Below are positions 1 through 9,902 of a DNA stretch of 54,939 bases, in pieces (the first letter of the stretch is position 1; every line of letters begins with the position of its first letter). Source of the stretch: Treponemataceae bacterium (GTDB lineage Bacteria; Spirochaetota; Spirochaetia; Treponematales; Treponemataceae). The notes beneath the pieces are model-generated. The model was given only the letters and a program-made list of their open reading frames with translations, made no database searches and had not been told where the DNA came from. The stretch lies in NCBI GenBank assembly GCA_963649315.1, contig CAVJHV010000002.1, forward strand, positions 20,719 through 75,657, given 5' to 3'. A program made the position numbers and the translations under genes.

Positions 1-7
1 AAAAAGT

Positions 8-37
8 TTGACACAAAGAAATAATGGTGTATATAAT
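8..37 (+). promoter_or_regulatory. sigma70 promoter of maltodextrin ABC operon
   Basis: TTGACA (8-13), 18 bp, TATAAT (32-37). Confidence 0.75.
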
Positions 38-47
38 ACTAGTGATT

Positions 48-72
48 GGAAACGTTTCCGATAACGTTTCCA
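48..72. promoter_or_regulatory. Tandem LacI-family operators
   Basis: Perfect palindrome GGAAACGTTTCC (48-59) followed by GATAACGTTTCCA (60-72), just downstream of the -10. Central CG is typical of LacI sites, and a LacI gene lies in the same cluster. Confidence 0.75.
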
Positions 73-116
73 GAAAACACGATTTTTGTAGATTATTTTT
101 TCATCAGGAGGAAAAT

Positions 117-1454
117 ATGAAAAAATTAGGAAAGATTGCAAAGGCTTTTGTAAGCACTGCATTAATTGCTTCTTGCTTTGTGTCTTGTGCAAAAAAGGAT
201 TCTTCGGTTGGTGAAGTTCGCTATTTGAATTTTAAACCGGAAGTTGCTGAAGTTTACCAGGAACTTGCTGAAGCTTACAAGGCAGAAACTGGTGTAAATG
301 TTGTTGTTGAAACAGCTGCAAACAACACTTACGAATCAACACTCACTTCAAAGATGAGCCAGAAAAATGCACCTACTCTTTTCCAGATTAACGGCCCAAG
401 AGGTTATGCTTCATGGTCCAGCTATTGTGCAGATTTGTCAGAAACAGAATTGTACAAGCATCTTTCAGACAAGTCTCTGGCTGTAACAGTAGACGGCGTT
501 CCTTACGGCGTTCCTTATGTTGTTGAAGGCTACGGAATCATTTACAACAAGGCTATTACAGACAAATATTTCGCACTTGATTCAAAGGCAACTCCTTACA
601 CAAGCATGGACGAAATCAACAACTTTGAAGCCCTCAAAGCTTTGGCAGATGACATGCAGGCAAACAAAGAAGCTCTTGGCATTAAGGGTGTATTTGCTTC
701 AACATCACTTAAAGCCGGTGAAGACTGGAGATGGCAAACTCACCTGGCAAACCTTCCAATCTATTATGAATTCAAAAACAACAATGTAGATCTTTCTTCT
801 GATGCAACAAAGAAAATTTCTTTCGAATACGACAGGGAATTTAAAAACATCTTCGACCTTTACTTAACAGATTCTGTTGTTGATCAAAAGAATGTTGGTG
901 TTGCAACGGTAGATCAGTCTATGGCTGAATTTGCCCTTGAAGAAGCAGCTATGGTTCAAAACGGCAACTGGGCATGGGGTCAGATTTCCGGTGTTTCAGG
1001 AAACAAAGTTCTTCCAGAAAACGTAAAGTATCTTCCTATTTATACTGGCGTTGCTGGTGAAGAAAGTCAGGGACTTTGTATTGGTACAGAAAACTTCTAC
1101 TGCATCAACAAAAAGGCTTCAGAAGCAGACCAGAAGGCAACTGCTGACTTTATCTACTGGCTCTATTCTTCAAAGACTGGAAAAGATTATGTAACAAACA
1201 AACTGGGCTTTATTGCTCCATTTGATACTTTCGATGCAAGCGAACGTCCTACAGATCCACTTGCAGTTGAAATCAACAACTGGATGTCAAAACCTGGCAT
1301 CACTTCAGTTTCCTGGAACTTTACTTTGTTCCCTTCACAGACATTCAAAGACAACTTTGGTGCATCACTTCTTCGCTATGCTCAAGGTTCAAAGTCTTGG
1401 GAAGATGTAAAGGCTGGCGTAATTTCTGACTGGGAAACAGAAAGCGCAATGTAA
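117..1454 (+). CDS. Sugar (malto-oligosaccharide) ABC transporter substrate-binding lipoprotein
   Basis: SD AGGAGG before ATG 117, so the start is moved from ORF 24. Lipoprotein signal ending FVSC; SBP-type sequence; followed by permeases and malQ. Confidence 0.88.
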   Translation: MKKLGKIAKAFVSTALIASCFVSCAKKDSSVGEVRYLNFKPEVAEVYQELAEAYKAETGVNVVVETAANNTYESTLTSKMSQKNAPTLFQINGPRGYASWSSYCADLSETELYKHLSDKSLAVTVDGVPYGVPYVVEGYGIIYNKAITDKYFALDSKATPYTSMDEINNFEALKALADDMQANKEALGIKGVFASTSLKAGEDWRWQTHLANLPIYYEFKNNNVDLSSDATKKISFEYDREFKNIFDLYLTDSVVDQKNVGVATVDQSMAEFALEEAAMVQNGNWAWGQISGVSGNKVLPENVKYLPIYTGVAGEESQGLCIGTENFYCINKKASEADQKATADFIYWLYSSKTGKDYVTNKLGFIAPFDTFDASERPTDPLAVEINNWMSKPGITSVSWNFTLFPSQTFKDNFGASLLRYAQGSKSWEDVKAGVISDWETESAM

Positions 1455-1460
1455 TTCCTC

Positions 1461-1496
1461 AAGGGAGGGTTTTCCTGTTGAACCCTCCCTTTTTTT
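1461..1496 (+). terminator. Intrinsic terminator / mRNA-stabilising hairpin after the SBP gene
   Basis: AAGGGAGGGTT...AACCCTCCCTT stem followed by a T run. Confidence 0.75.
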
Positions 1497-1525
1497 GGGA
1501 CTAGCTTTATTTTCTGGAGGAAAAA

Positions 1526-2389
1526 ATGAATAAACTTCACAATCCTATCAAAAAGTATTTTCCAATTTTTGTGCTGCCGACTTTGCTTTGTTTTGCATGC
1601 TTTTTCCTTGTTCCCTTCATAATGGGAATTGCATTATCTTTTACAAATTTTACAACTGTCACAGACGTAAGGGCTTTTGTTGGTTTTCAAAATTACATCA
1701 AGGCTTTTACGACTGACAAAGAATTTCTTCACGCACTTGGATTTACTTCTTTATTTACTGTAGTTGCAGTCATCACTGTAAACTTTTTTGCTTTTGCACT
1801 TGCCCTTCTTTTAACAAAGGGGCTTAAGGGAACAAACTTTTTTCGTTCCATTTTTTTTATGCCTAATTTGATTGGCGGAATTGTTTTGGGATACATTTGG
1901 AATCTTCTTATTAATGGAGTTCTTTTAAAATACTTTGGTCAGGATATTACTTTTAAAACTGAATATGGTTTTTTTGGATTAGTCATTTTGACCAACTGGC
2001 AGTTGATTGGCTACATGCTTGTAATTTACATTGCAGGTCTTCAGCAGGTGCCGGAAGATATGATTGAAGCTGCTCAAATTGACGGAGCCCGGCCAGCAAC
2101 AATTTTGTTTAAAATAAAAATTCCAATGGTCATGCCGTCAATCACAATCTGTTTATTTTTGACATTATCAAATTCATTTAAGATGTTTGATCAAAACCTT
2201 GCCTTAACAGCAGGTGCTCCTGAAAAAACAACTGAAATGCTTGCTTTAAATATTTATCAAACTTTCTACAATAGAAATGCAAACTGGCACGGAGTTGCCC
2301 AGGCAAAGGCAACAGTTTTCTTTATCATTGTAGCCCTTATTGCCTTCATCCAGCTTAAGCTTACATCAAGAAAGGAGATTGAATCATGA
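1526..2389 (+). CDS. Carbohydrate ABC permease (MalF-like)
   Basis: Multiple TM segments; EAA loop EAAQIDGA. Confidence 0.9.
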   Translation: MNKLHNPIKKYFPIFVLPTLLCFACFFLVPFIMGIALSFTNFTTVTDVRAFVGFQNYIKAFTTDKEFLHALGFTSLFTVVAVITVNFFAFALALLLTKGLKGTNFFRSIFFMPNLIGGIVLGYIWNLLINGVLLKYFGQDITFKTEYGFFGLVILTNWQLIGYMLVIYIAGLQQVPEDMIEAAQIDGARPATILFKIKIPMVMPSITICLFLTLSNSFKMFDQNLALTAGAPEKTTEMLALNIYQTFYNRNANWHGVAQAKATVFFIIVALIAFIQLKLTSRKEIES

Positions 2390-3228
2390 AAAATTACGAA
2401 AGAAAATATTCTACTTTTCCAATCTATGTAATTTTAATTTTGCTGACTGCAATTTTTATTTTTCCAATTCTTCTGGTTTTGATGAATTCTTTTAAATCCA
2501 GACTTTATGTTTCAACCCAGCCTTTTGCATGGCCAAGTGGAAATACATTTGTTGGTTTGGAAAATTACATAAAGGGTTTAACAATTTCTGGTTTTGCACT
2601 TTCATTTTTACGCTCAGTATGGATAAGCGTGGCTTCTGTCCTTTTAATTATTGTGGCAACATCCATGACCGCCTGGTACCTTGTGCGCGTAAAAGGAAAA
2701 GTTACAAAAATCCTTTACTACATTTTTGTTTTTTCAATGATTGTTCCATTTCAAATGGTAATGTATACAATGACCTTTGTTGTAAACAGAATGAACTTTG
2801 CAAATGTCTGGGGAATTGTTTTAGTTTACCTGGGCTTTGGTGCAGGACTTGCAGTTTTCATGTTTACCGGTTTTGTAAAAAACATTCCGCTTGAAGTTGA
2901 AGAAGCCGCAATGATTGACGGCTGCAATCCTTTGCAGACATTTTTTGTTGTTGTCTTTCCAATGTTAAAACCTACTGCAATTACTGTTGCAATCCTTCAG
3001 GCAATGTGGGTGTGGAACGACTACCTTCTGCCATATTTGATTTTAGGTTCTGAACACAAGACAATGCCTGTTGCAATCCAGCTGGCCATGAACGGAGCAT
3101 ACGGTTCAACGGACTATGGAGCCTTTATGGCAATGCTTGTTCTTTCAATTATTCCTATAATCATCTTTTATATTTGCTCTCAGAAATATATAATCAAGGG
3201 AGTAATTGCAGGAGCGGTTAAAGGATAA
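2386..3228 (+). CDS. Carbohydrate ABC permease (MalG-like)
   Basis: EEAAMIDG EAA motif; C-terminal GAVKG; ATGA overlap with upstream gene. Confidence 0.9.
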   Translation: MKNYERKYSTFPIYVILILLTAIFIFPILLVLMNSFKSRLYVSTQPFAWPSGNTFVGLENYIKGLTISGFALSFLRSVWISVASVLLIIVATSMTAWYLVRVKGKVTKILYYIFVFSMIVPFQMVMYTMTFVVNRMNFANVWGIVLVYLGFGAGLAVFMFTGFVKNIPLEVEEAAMIDGCNPLQTFFVVVFPMLKPTAITVAILQAMWVWNDYLLPYLILGSEHKTMPVAIQLAMNGAYGSTDYGAFMAMLVLSIIPIIIFYICSQKYIIKGVIAGAVKG

Positions 3229-3231
3229 TTT

Positions 3232-4236
3232 ATGACAATTAAAGACATTGCAAAAGAATGCGGATGTGCACTTGGAACAGTTTCCAGAGTTTTAAATAAT
3301 CATCCGGATGTCAGCGACAAGACAAGAGAAAAAGTTCTGGCTGTTGTAGAAAAGCACGGTTTTGTTTTAAACACGAATGCAAGACAGTTAAAAACACAAA
3401 AGCGAAAAAATCTTGTCATTATCGTAAAGGGAACATCAAGCACTCTTTTGAATGGTCTTTTGGAACGTATTCAAAAAAAACTTGAATTGTCTGAATATTA
3501 CGCGGATGTTGTAATCCTTGATGAAGCAGACAATGAAGGTCTTAACGCCACAAGAATTTATTTTGAATTGAAACCCCTGGGAATTATTTTCTTAGGAGGC
3601 AGCCCGGACAGGCTTACTGGCGATTTTGAAAAAGTTCACGTTCCAAGTGTTTTAATTTCAAATCAGGCAGAAACTTTAGGAAGCAAATATATTTCTTCAG
3701 TTTCTGTAGATAACTTAAAAGCGGCAGCTGAATCTGCCAGATTTTTAATAAAAAACGGACATCGTAAAATTGGAGTCATCGGCGGTGCTTTGGATTCCTG
3801 TCTTTCCGAAACACGCTACAAGGGTTTTTTAAAAGCCATGAAGGCGGCAAAACTTCCTTTTGATTTTGATCTTTCCTATGAAGTTTCAAAATATTCTTTT
3901 GAAGGAGGCTCACTTGCTGCAGAAAATCTTTTAAAAAGAAATCCGGATTTAACTGCAATTTTTACAATGTCAGATGCCATGGCTATTGGTGCCATTCGAA
4001 AGTTGCGCGACATGGGAAAAAAAGTGCCGGAAGATATTTCCGTTATTGGATTTGACGGAATTTCTCTTGCGGATTTTGTCTGCCCCCGTTTAACAACAAT
4101 TCGTCAGATGGAAGAAGAAATGGCAGAAGAAGGTTTATCTGTTTTGCTGGACTGCATAGAAAAAAATAATTCCAGTCAGCACAAGCAGGTGCCTTACAAA
4201 TTAATTTGTGGAGAAAGCGTAAGGAATCTTTCCTGA
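3232..4236 (+). CDS. LacI-family transcriptional regulator
   Basis: N-terminal TIKDIAKECGCALGTVSRVLN HTH; sugar-binding domain with VIGFDG and LTTIRQ. Confidence 0.93.
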   Translation: MTIKDIAKECGCALGTVSRVLNNHPDVSDKTREKVLAVVEKHGFVLNTNARQLKTQKRKNLVIIVKGTSSTLLNGLLERIQKKLELSEYYADVVILDEADNEGLNATRIYFELKPLGIIFLGGSPDRLTGDFEKVHVPSVLISNQAETLGSKYISSVSVDNLKAAAESARFLIKNGHRKIGVIGGALDSCLSETRYKGFLKAMKAAKLPFDFDLSYEVSKYSFEGGSLAAENLLKRNPDLTAIFTMSDAMAIGAIRKLRDMGKKVPEDISVIGFDGISLADFVCPRLTTIRQMEEEMAEEGLSVLLDCIEKNNSSQHKQVPYKLICGESVRNLS

Positions 4237-4260
4237 AACTTTTTTAGAAGGTGAATTATT

Positions 4261-5757
4261 ATGAGCTTACTTGATAAACGCGCTAACGGTGTTTTGATGC
4301 ACATTTCATCTTTGCCTGGAAAAACCGGCATTGGAACTTTTGGAAAAAGCGCATATTCTTTTGTTGATTTTTTAAAAGAATCATCGCAGACATACTGGCA
4401 GATACTTCCTATTGGCCCTACAAGTTTTGGAGATTCGCCTTATCAAAGTTTTTCTACATTCGCAGGAAATCCTTACTTTATAGATTTTGAACTTTTGGAA
4501 AAAGATGGCCTTTTAAAAAAATCAGATTATGAAAATGTAAATTGGGGTCAAAGTGAAAAGTCTGTTGATTTTGGACTTCTGTATGAAGAAAGACAAAAGA
4601 TTTTTAAAATCATTCAAATCAATTTTGAAAAAAATATTCCATCGGACTACTACGATTTTTGCACCTACAATTCTGCCTGGCTTGAAGACTATTCGCTTTT
4701 TATGGCAATAAAAGATGCTCACGGCGGCTGTTCTTTTAATCTTTGGGAAGATGACATTCGCCAGAGAAAAAGTGCTGCTTTAAAAGAATGGACGGAAAAA
4801 TGTAAAGACAGAATTTCTTACTATAAAATACTCCAGTATCTTTTTTACAAACAGTGGTACGCTTTAAAAAAATATGCGAATGAACGCGGTATAAAAATTA
4901 TTGGTGACATTCCAATTTATGTTGCGGCAGACAGTGCAGACGTCTGGTCTAACCCAAAAGAATTTGCCCTTGATGAAAACTTTAATCCCATAGAAGTTGC
5001 GGGCTGTCCGCCGGATGCTTTTTCTGCTGACGGTCAGCTGTGGGGCAATCCTGTTTACAACTGGGACCACATGAAAAGCGAAAATTATTCATGGTGGAAA
5101 AAGCGCCTTGAAATGAGTTTAAAAAATTACGATGTAATCAGAATAGACCACTTCCGCGGTTTTGATTCCTACTATTGCATTCCATACGGTGCCGAAAACG
5201 CAAAAAATGGTTTCTGGCGAAAGGGGCCTGGTTGTGAATTTTTTGAAGAAATAAAAAAATCTTTTGGGGAACTTTCTATTATTGCAGAAGACCTTGGATT
5301 TTTGACGGACTCTGTAAGGCAAATGTTAAAGGCTGTCGGTTTTCCGGGTATGAAAGTTTTGCAGTTTGCCTTTGATTCCCGCGAAACAAATTCCGGCTAC
5401 CTTCCTCATGTATATGAAAAGAACACTGTTGTTTACACCGGCACCCATGACAATGACACAATCCTTGGCTGGATGAAAAGCATTCCAAAAGAAGATTTAG
5501 CTTTTGCAAAAAAATATGTCCGCAGCGACGAAGAAAATTTTGTTTACAACCTTATGCTGCTGGCTCTTTCTTCTGTGTCAAACACATGCATTTTAACCAT
5601 GCAGGATTTAATCGGTCTTGATTCAAGTGCCCGCATGAATCAGCCTTCAACTTTGGGCTGCAACTGGAAGTGGCGTGCAAGTGAAGAAGAAATTTTTAAC
5701 CCTGAGCTAAAAGAATTTTTAAGAAGCAGCACACAGCTCTACCAGCGTTGTCGTTAA
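4261..5757 (+). CDS. malQ: 4-alpha-glucanotransferase (GH77 amylomaltase)
   Basis: GVLMHISSLPG, SPYQSFS, RIDHFRGF, IAEDLG and YTGTHDNDT motifs. Confidence 0.96.
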   Translation: MSLLDKRANGVLMHISSLPGKTGIGTFGKSAYSFVDFLKESSQTYWQILPIGPTSFGDSPYQSFSTFAGNPYFIDFELLEKDGLLKKSDYENVNWGQSEKSVDFGLLYEERQKIFKIIQINFEKNIPSDYYDFCTYNSAWLEDYSLFMAIKDAHGGCSFNLWEDDIRQRKSAALKEWTEKCKDRISYYKILQYLFYKQWYALKKYANERGIKIIGDIPIYVAADSADVWSNPKEFALDENFNPIEVAGCPPDAFSADGQLWGNPVYNWDHMKSENYSWWKKRLEMSLKNYDVIRIDHFRGFDSYYCIPYGAENAKNGFWRKGPGCEFFEEIKKSFGELSIIAEDLGFLTDSVRQMLKAVGFPGMKVLQFAFDSRETNSGYLPHVYEKNTVVYTGTHDNDTILGWMKSIPKEDLAFAKKYVRSDEENFVYNLMLLALSSVSNTCILTMQDLIGLDSSARMNQPSTLGCNWKWRASEEEIFNPELKEFLRSSTQLYQRCR

Positions 5758-5791
5758 AAAAAAAGGTGAGTGGCCTGAAAACTTCACCTTT

Positions 5792-5854
5792 AGTCACCGC
5801 TTTTTCAAGATATCAAAGGAGCCCTTAACTTGAAAAATTGCGGTGACTTTTTTT
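5792..5854 (+). terminator. Long hairpin/terminator after malQ
   Basis: AGTCACCGC-TTTTTCAAG ... CTTGAAAAA-TT-GCGGTGACT followed by a T run. Confidence 0.55.
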
Positions 5855-5939
5855 GCGATTTTTTTTCCTTACAAGAGTCCCTAAAAAGTCATCTTAAATG
5901 ATACTTCAAAGTTTTAAAATTTTATGGTAACGTAAAAGA

Positions 5940-8900
5940 ATGAAGAAGTTTTTTTTGAGTTTAGCTTTTGCTCTTTTTGGAAGTGGAATTTTATTTGCTC
6001 AAGTAAGTGGAATTAATAATTACGTTTCACGCAGCTGGACACAAGTGGATGGTTTACCAGGAAACACTGTCTGCGATGTCATTCAGTCAAAGGACGGATT
6101 TTTATATTTTGGTTCCTATGAATGTCTTGTGAAATTTGACGGCTATGAATTTGAAACATTAAATAAATATACAGACGGCAATCTTTCATTCATTTCTGCC
6201 AGAAGTATTTTTGAAGACGCTGACGGTCAGTTGTGGATTGGTTCTAATGACGAAGGACTTGAAATCATTTCTAAAAAAAATATGTCAAAACATTTGACCG
6301 TAGAAGATGGTCTGCCAAATAATTCCATTCGCGCCTTAGCTCAGGACAAAAAAGGAAATGTCTGGGTGGGAACTGCAGGCGGTCTTGTTTACGTAACAAA
6401 AGATTTTTCCATAAAAAAAACTGTCAGCATTTCCAATGTGGATTTGTCACACGTAATTGTAAGCCAGCTTTACAATGATTCTTCCGACCGCCTGTGGCTG
6501 ATTACCACAGAAGAAAACGGCCTTTATGTTTTCGAAAATAACATTTTTAAAAAATCTACCATTCTTGATTCCTACGGAAATTTTTCTCCATCCGCAATCA
6601 CTCAGGATAAAGATGGAAATTACTGGATTGCTTTGGGGCAGGCAGGCATTGTAAAAGTTACTAACGGTCAAGTTGAAAAAATAAAAACTAATACAATCCT
6701 GGACACAGAAACAACAAACTGTATTTACACAGATCGCGACGGCATCCTTTGGTTTGGAAATCAAAAAGGTCTGGTGGTTTACAACCGCGGCCGCTTTTCA
6801 ATTTATCAGGATAATTCTTCCCCGGTTTTAAATGATTCAATCAACAGAATTCTTGAAGACCGTGAAGGTAACGTCTGGATTGCAACTGACAACAGCGGCA
6901 TTAAAAAAATCAGTCTGGGAAAATTTCACATCAACAATTTGTCTTCGCCGGTAAATGCCATTTGCCAGGACAGGGATGATAATGTCTGGGTCGGATATGA
7001 CGAAGGCCTCTTGTGTTACCACAATGATTTCCCTGTAGAAAATGAAGTTACTGAATTTTGCAAAGGCGTAAGAGTAAGACATGTGGCACTTGCGGAAAAT
7101 GGTGACTTGCTTATTAACTGCTACTCAAGTCCTGCCCAACTTAGAGTTTCAAAATCCGGAAACAGATATAAAATAAAATCCTGGACTAGTGAAAAAGGTC
7201 TTGCAGGAAACAAAACAAGGGTCAGTCTGGAAATTTCAAACGGAGACCTTTACTGCGGAAGTACAACAGGTCTTTCCATAATTTCTCCGGACGGCAGCAT
7301 TAAAAATTTAAATACAACAAACGGTTTGGACAACGAATACATCATGTGCCTTTACGAAGATAAAGACGGTCTTGTCTGGGCAGGAACAGACGGGGGTGGA
7401 ATTTATCTTTTAAAAAACGGAAATATTGTAAAAAAAATTACAGACGAAGATGGACTTGCCGGAAATGTAATTTTTAAAATTACCCAGGACCAGGAAGACC
7501 GTTACTGGATTTGCACTGGCAGTGGAATTTCAACATGCAAATCAGTGTTAAAAGATTTAAGAAATAATGTTTATGATTTTGCCTTTTCAAATTTAAATTC
7601 ATCAAACGGTTTGGGGTCAGACTGTATTTTCCAGCTGCTTGTAGACAAAAATAATCTTGGCTGGATGATCAGCAACAGAGGCATTTCTTCAGTTGATTTT
7701 TCCAGTATGCTTGCTGCCGTAAAAGGTCAGCTTAATAATATTGACTGCAAATTTTATAATCAAAATGACGGACTAAAATCCAGCGGAGCAAATTCTACAG
7801 CCCTCAGCATGCAGGACACAAGTGGCCGTATCTGGTTTACAATGGCAGACGGTTTTGCCATTTACAATCCCCTTACGGCAGAAAAAGCCGCTGTCAGCCC
7901 AATCGCGCAAATTCTTGAAGTAAAAGTTGATGACACAGTTTACACAGACTTCAGCCAGGCAATTCAAATTCCACCGTCAACAAAACACGTGGACATAAAG
8001 TACACCGGCCTCAGTTACACTTCAACCGAAAGAAACCGTTTTTCATACATGCTCTCTGGGTTTGATTCCGATTATTCTGCCTGGACTGCAAACCGCTCAG
8101 TTTCTTACACAAATTTAAAACCCGGCGCCTACACATTTAAATTAAAAATTTCAAATGCAGAAGGATTAGTTTCGCAAAACGATGCAAGCATTTTATTTTT
8201 CCAAAATGCATATTTTTATCAAAAGGTAGAATTCTGGATTGCCCTTGCAATTTTCGCTATCCTCCTTTTCTTTTTGATTTTGTTTTTGGTCCACCGCAAT
8301 GCAAAAAAGCAGCAGCTTATTTTGCAGACAAAAATTCAAATGGCAACAGTTGACTTCGCAATTGCCAAAGATGAATCTGACATGCTTTTGCGAAACATCC
8401 TGCCTGAATCCATCGCAGAAAGACTCAAAGGGGCCGGCGGTGAAAAAACAATTGCAGACTCATTTGATGATGTTACAGTTTTATTTTCTGACATAGTCGG
8501 TTTTACCCGCGAAACAACAAATTCTTCAGCCGAAGACATTGTTACTTCCCTTAACGATTTGTTTTCACTTTTTGACATGCGGGCAAGTGACATGGGAATT
8601 GAAAAAATTAAAACAATCGGGGATGCCTACATGGCAGCCTGTGGTGTGCCGGAAAAAAATCCGGACAACGCCCACCTTATGTTTGAATTCGCAAAAGGCA
8701 TGTACGAAGATTTGACCGAGTATAACAAAACCGCCACAATAAAATTCAAAATCAGAATAGGAATAAATTCCGGAAAAGTTATTGCAGGCGTAATCGGTCA
8801 AAATAAATTCATTTACGACGTCTGGGGCGACACCGTCAACGTTGCCAGCCGCATGGAATCCATCTGCACCCCGGGCCACATCCGCTTTACCCAGGCCGTT

Positions 8901-8999
8901 AAAGAAAAACTCGAAGCCTGTGGTCAAATGCCTCCGGTCCGAAGCGAAGAATGTAACGTCAAAGGCAAAGGCCTCATGCTCACTTTTGAAACTGTCTGA
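5940..8999 (+). CDS. Membrane-anchored class III adenylate cyclase with periplasmic beta-propeller (Reg_prop) and Y_Y_Y sensor domains
   Basis: Signal peptide; repeated DGL.N.I..L..D..G.LW.GT units; YTNLKPGAYTFKL (Y_Y_Y); one TM; cyclase motifs FSDIVGFT, KIKTIGDAYM, YDVWGDTVNVASRMES. Confidence 0.88.
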   Translation: MKKFFLSLAFALFGSGILFAQVSGINNYVSRSWTQVDGLPGNTVCDVIQSKDGFLYFGSYECLVKFDGYEFETLNKYTDGNLSFISARSIFEDADGQLWIGSNDEGLEIISKKNMSKHLTVEDGLPNNSIRALAQDKKGNVWVGTAGGLVYVTKDFSIKKTVSISNVDLSHVIVSQLYNDSSDRLWLITTEENGLYVFENNIFKKSTILDSYGNFSPSAITQDKDGNYWIALGQAGIVKVTNGQVEKIKTNTILDTETTNCIYTDRDGILWFGNQKGLVVYNRGRFSIYQDNSSPVLNDSINRILEDREGNVWIATDNSGIKKISLGKFHINNLSSPVNAICQDRDDNVWVGYDEGLLCYHNDFPVENEVTEFCKGVRVRHVALAENGDLLINCYSSPAQLRVSKSGNRYKIKSWTSEKGLAGNKTRVSLEISNGDLYCGSTTGLSIISPDGSIKNLNTTNGLDNEYIMCLYEDKDGLVWAGTDGGGIYLLKNGNIVKKITDEDGLAGNVIFKITQDQEDRYWICTGSGISTCKSVLKDLRNNVYDFAFSNLNSSNGLGSDCIFQLLVDKNNLGWMISNRGISSVDFSSMLAAVKGQLNNIDCKFYNQNDGLKSSGANSTALSMQDTSGRIWFTMADGFAIYNPLTAEKAAVSPIAQILEVKVDDTVYTDFSQAIQIPPSTKHVDIKYTGLSYTSTERNRFSYMLSGFDSDYSAWTANRSVSYTNLKPGAYTFKLKISNAEGLVSQNDASILFFQNAYFYQKVEFWIALAIFAILLFFLILFLVHRNAKKQQLILQTKIQMATVDFAIAKDESDMLLRNILPESIAERLKGAGGEKTIADSFDDVTVLFSDIVGFTRETTNSSAEDIVTSLNDLFSLFDMRASDMGIEKIKTIGDAYMAACGVPEKNPDNAHLMFEFAKGMYEDLTEYNKTATIKFKIRIGINSGKVIAGVIGQNKFIYDVWGDTVNVASRMESICTPGHIRFTQAVKEKLEACGQMPPVRSEECNVKGKGLMLTFETV

Positions 9000-9010
9000 T
9001 TTTTTATTTT

Positions 9011-9112
9011 TTTTGAAGCATCCCGCCTTTTGTTAAACGGCCCTTCCAGCCTTCGCTGCGCTCATCACCCGCGACGCGGTCGCGGGTGACTTTGGGCTTC
9101 CACGGCCGGCTA
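9011..9112 (+). repeat. Family A structured intergenic repeat, copy A1
   Basis: GAAGCATCCCGCCTTTTGTTAAACGGCCCTTCC ... CCACGGCCGGCTA; close match to 54193-54298. Confidence 0.85.
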
Positions 9113-9118
9113 TGATTC

Positions 9119-9166
9119 TTTCAAGGCCGCCTCTAAAAATTGCAATTTTTAGAGGCGGCCTTGAAA
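9119..9166. repeat. Family B palindrome (48-bp perfect inverted repeat around a 36-bp unit)
   Basis: TTTCAAGGCCGCCTCTAAAAATTG|CAATTTTTAGAGGCGGCCTTGAAA. Confidence 0.9.
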
Positions 9167-9211
9167 ATACAAATGCAACTTTTGCAACCTGAAAGGTAAA
9201 ATGCAATCCTT

Positions 9212-9826
9212 CTATTTACTGCTTTCCTTTATGTCCATGTCTATAATCTGGTGACGGGCAGCTTTAGTGATCAGGGGGTCATTTTCGTTTATGATTTTAG
9301 AAATGAATTTTGGGTGGCTTACCGTTATTTTGTACAGGTCTTTCCAGTAGAGCTGGCCGTCCTTGCTTTTTAAAAAAAGGCTGGTGTCTTCGCTGTAGTG
9401 GTCGCTTTCTACTGTTAAAAGCAAGTGGGAGTCACTGCTTTTTTCTTCCAGAATGCTACCGTTTATGTCGCAAAAATTGACCTCTTTTATTTTGAGATCA
9501 AGAAATTTTGAATCTTCGGAAAAATTGCTGTTCAGGGAATTTACAGTGGAAAGTTTTACTGTAAAAAAGTCAGCTTTTAAATCCTGACTGGTAAAATTTT
9601 CAAGGCAGGGACCGGCGTTTAAAATAATGCCTGTAAGGCTTGGCCCCCATTCTTTTTCGTCAACGACTAATGTGTAAGAGTCGTCTTTTTCGCGGAATTC
9701 TTCGTATGTGGATTTCAGGGCCCATTTTCTTAACTTGATGGCGCCAATTAATAATAAGGCTGTAAAAGCTATTAAAATAAGTGCTGTTCCAATTTGCAAA
9801 ATTTTACCCCTGTTTGTGTCTTTCAT
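9212..9826 (-). CDS. Hypothetical membrane-anchored protein
   Basis: 204-aa ORF, one N-terminal hydrophobic helix, AGGTGA SD upstream. Confidence 0.65.
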   Translation of the reverse strand: MKDTNRGKILQIGTALILIAFTALLLIGAIKLRKWALKSTYEEFREKDDSYTLVVDEKEWGPSLTGIILNAGPCLENFTSQDLKADFFTVKLSTVNSLNSNFSEDSKFLDLKIKEVNFCDINGSILEEKSSDSHLLLTVESDHYSEDTSLFLKSKDGQLYWKDLYKITVSHPKFISKIINENDPLITKAARHQIIDMDIKESSK

Positions 9827-9902
9827 AGTTTCACCTTGTGTGCTTGTTCTAGAATATCAATAATTTTTTTTTCCTTCAAGATAAAAGTTTTTTTCTAATC
9901 AG

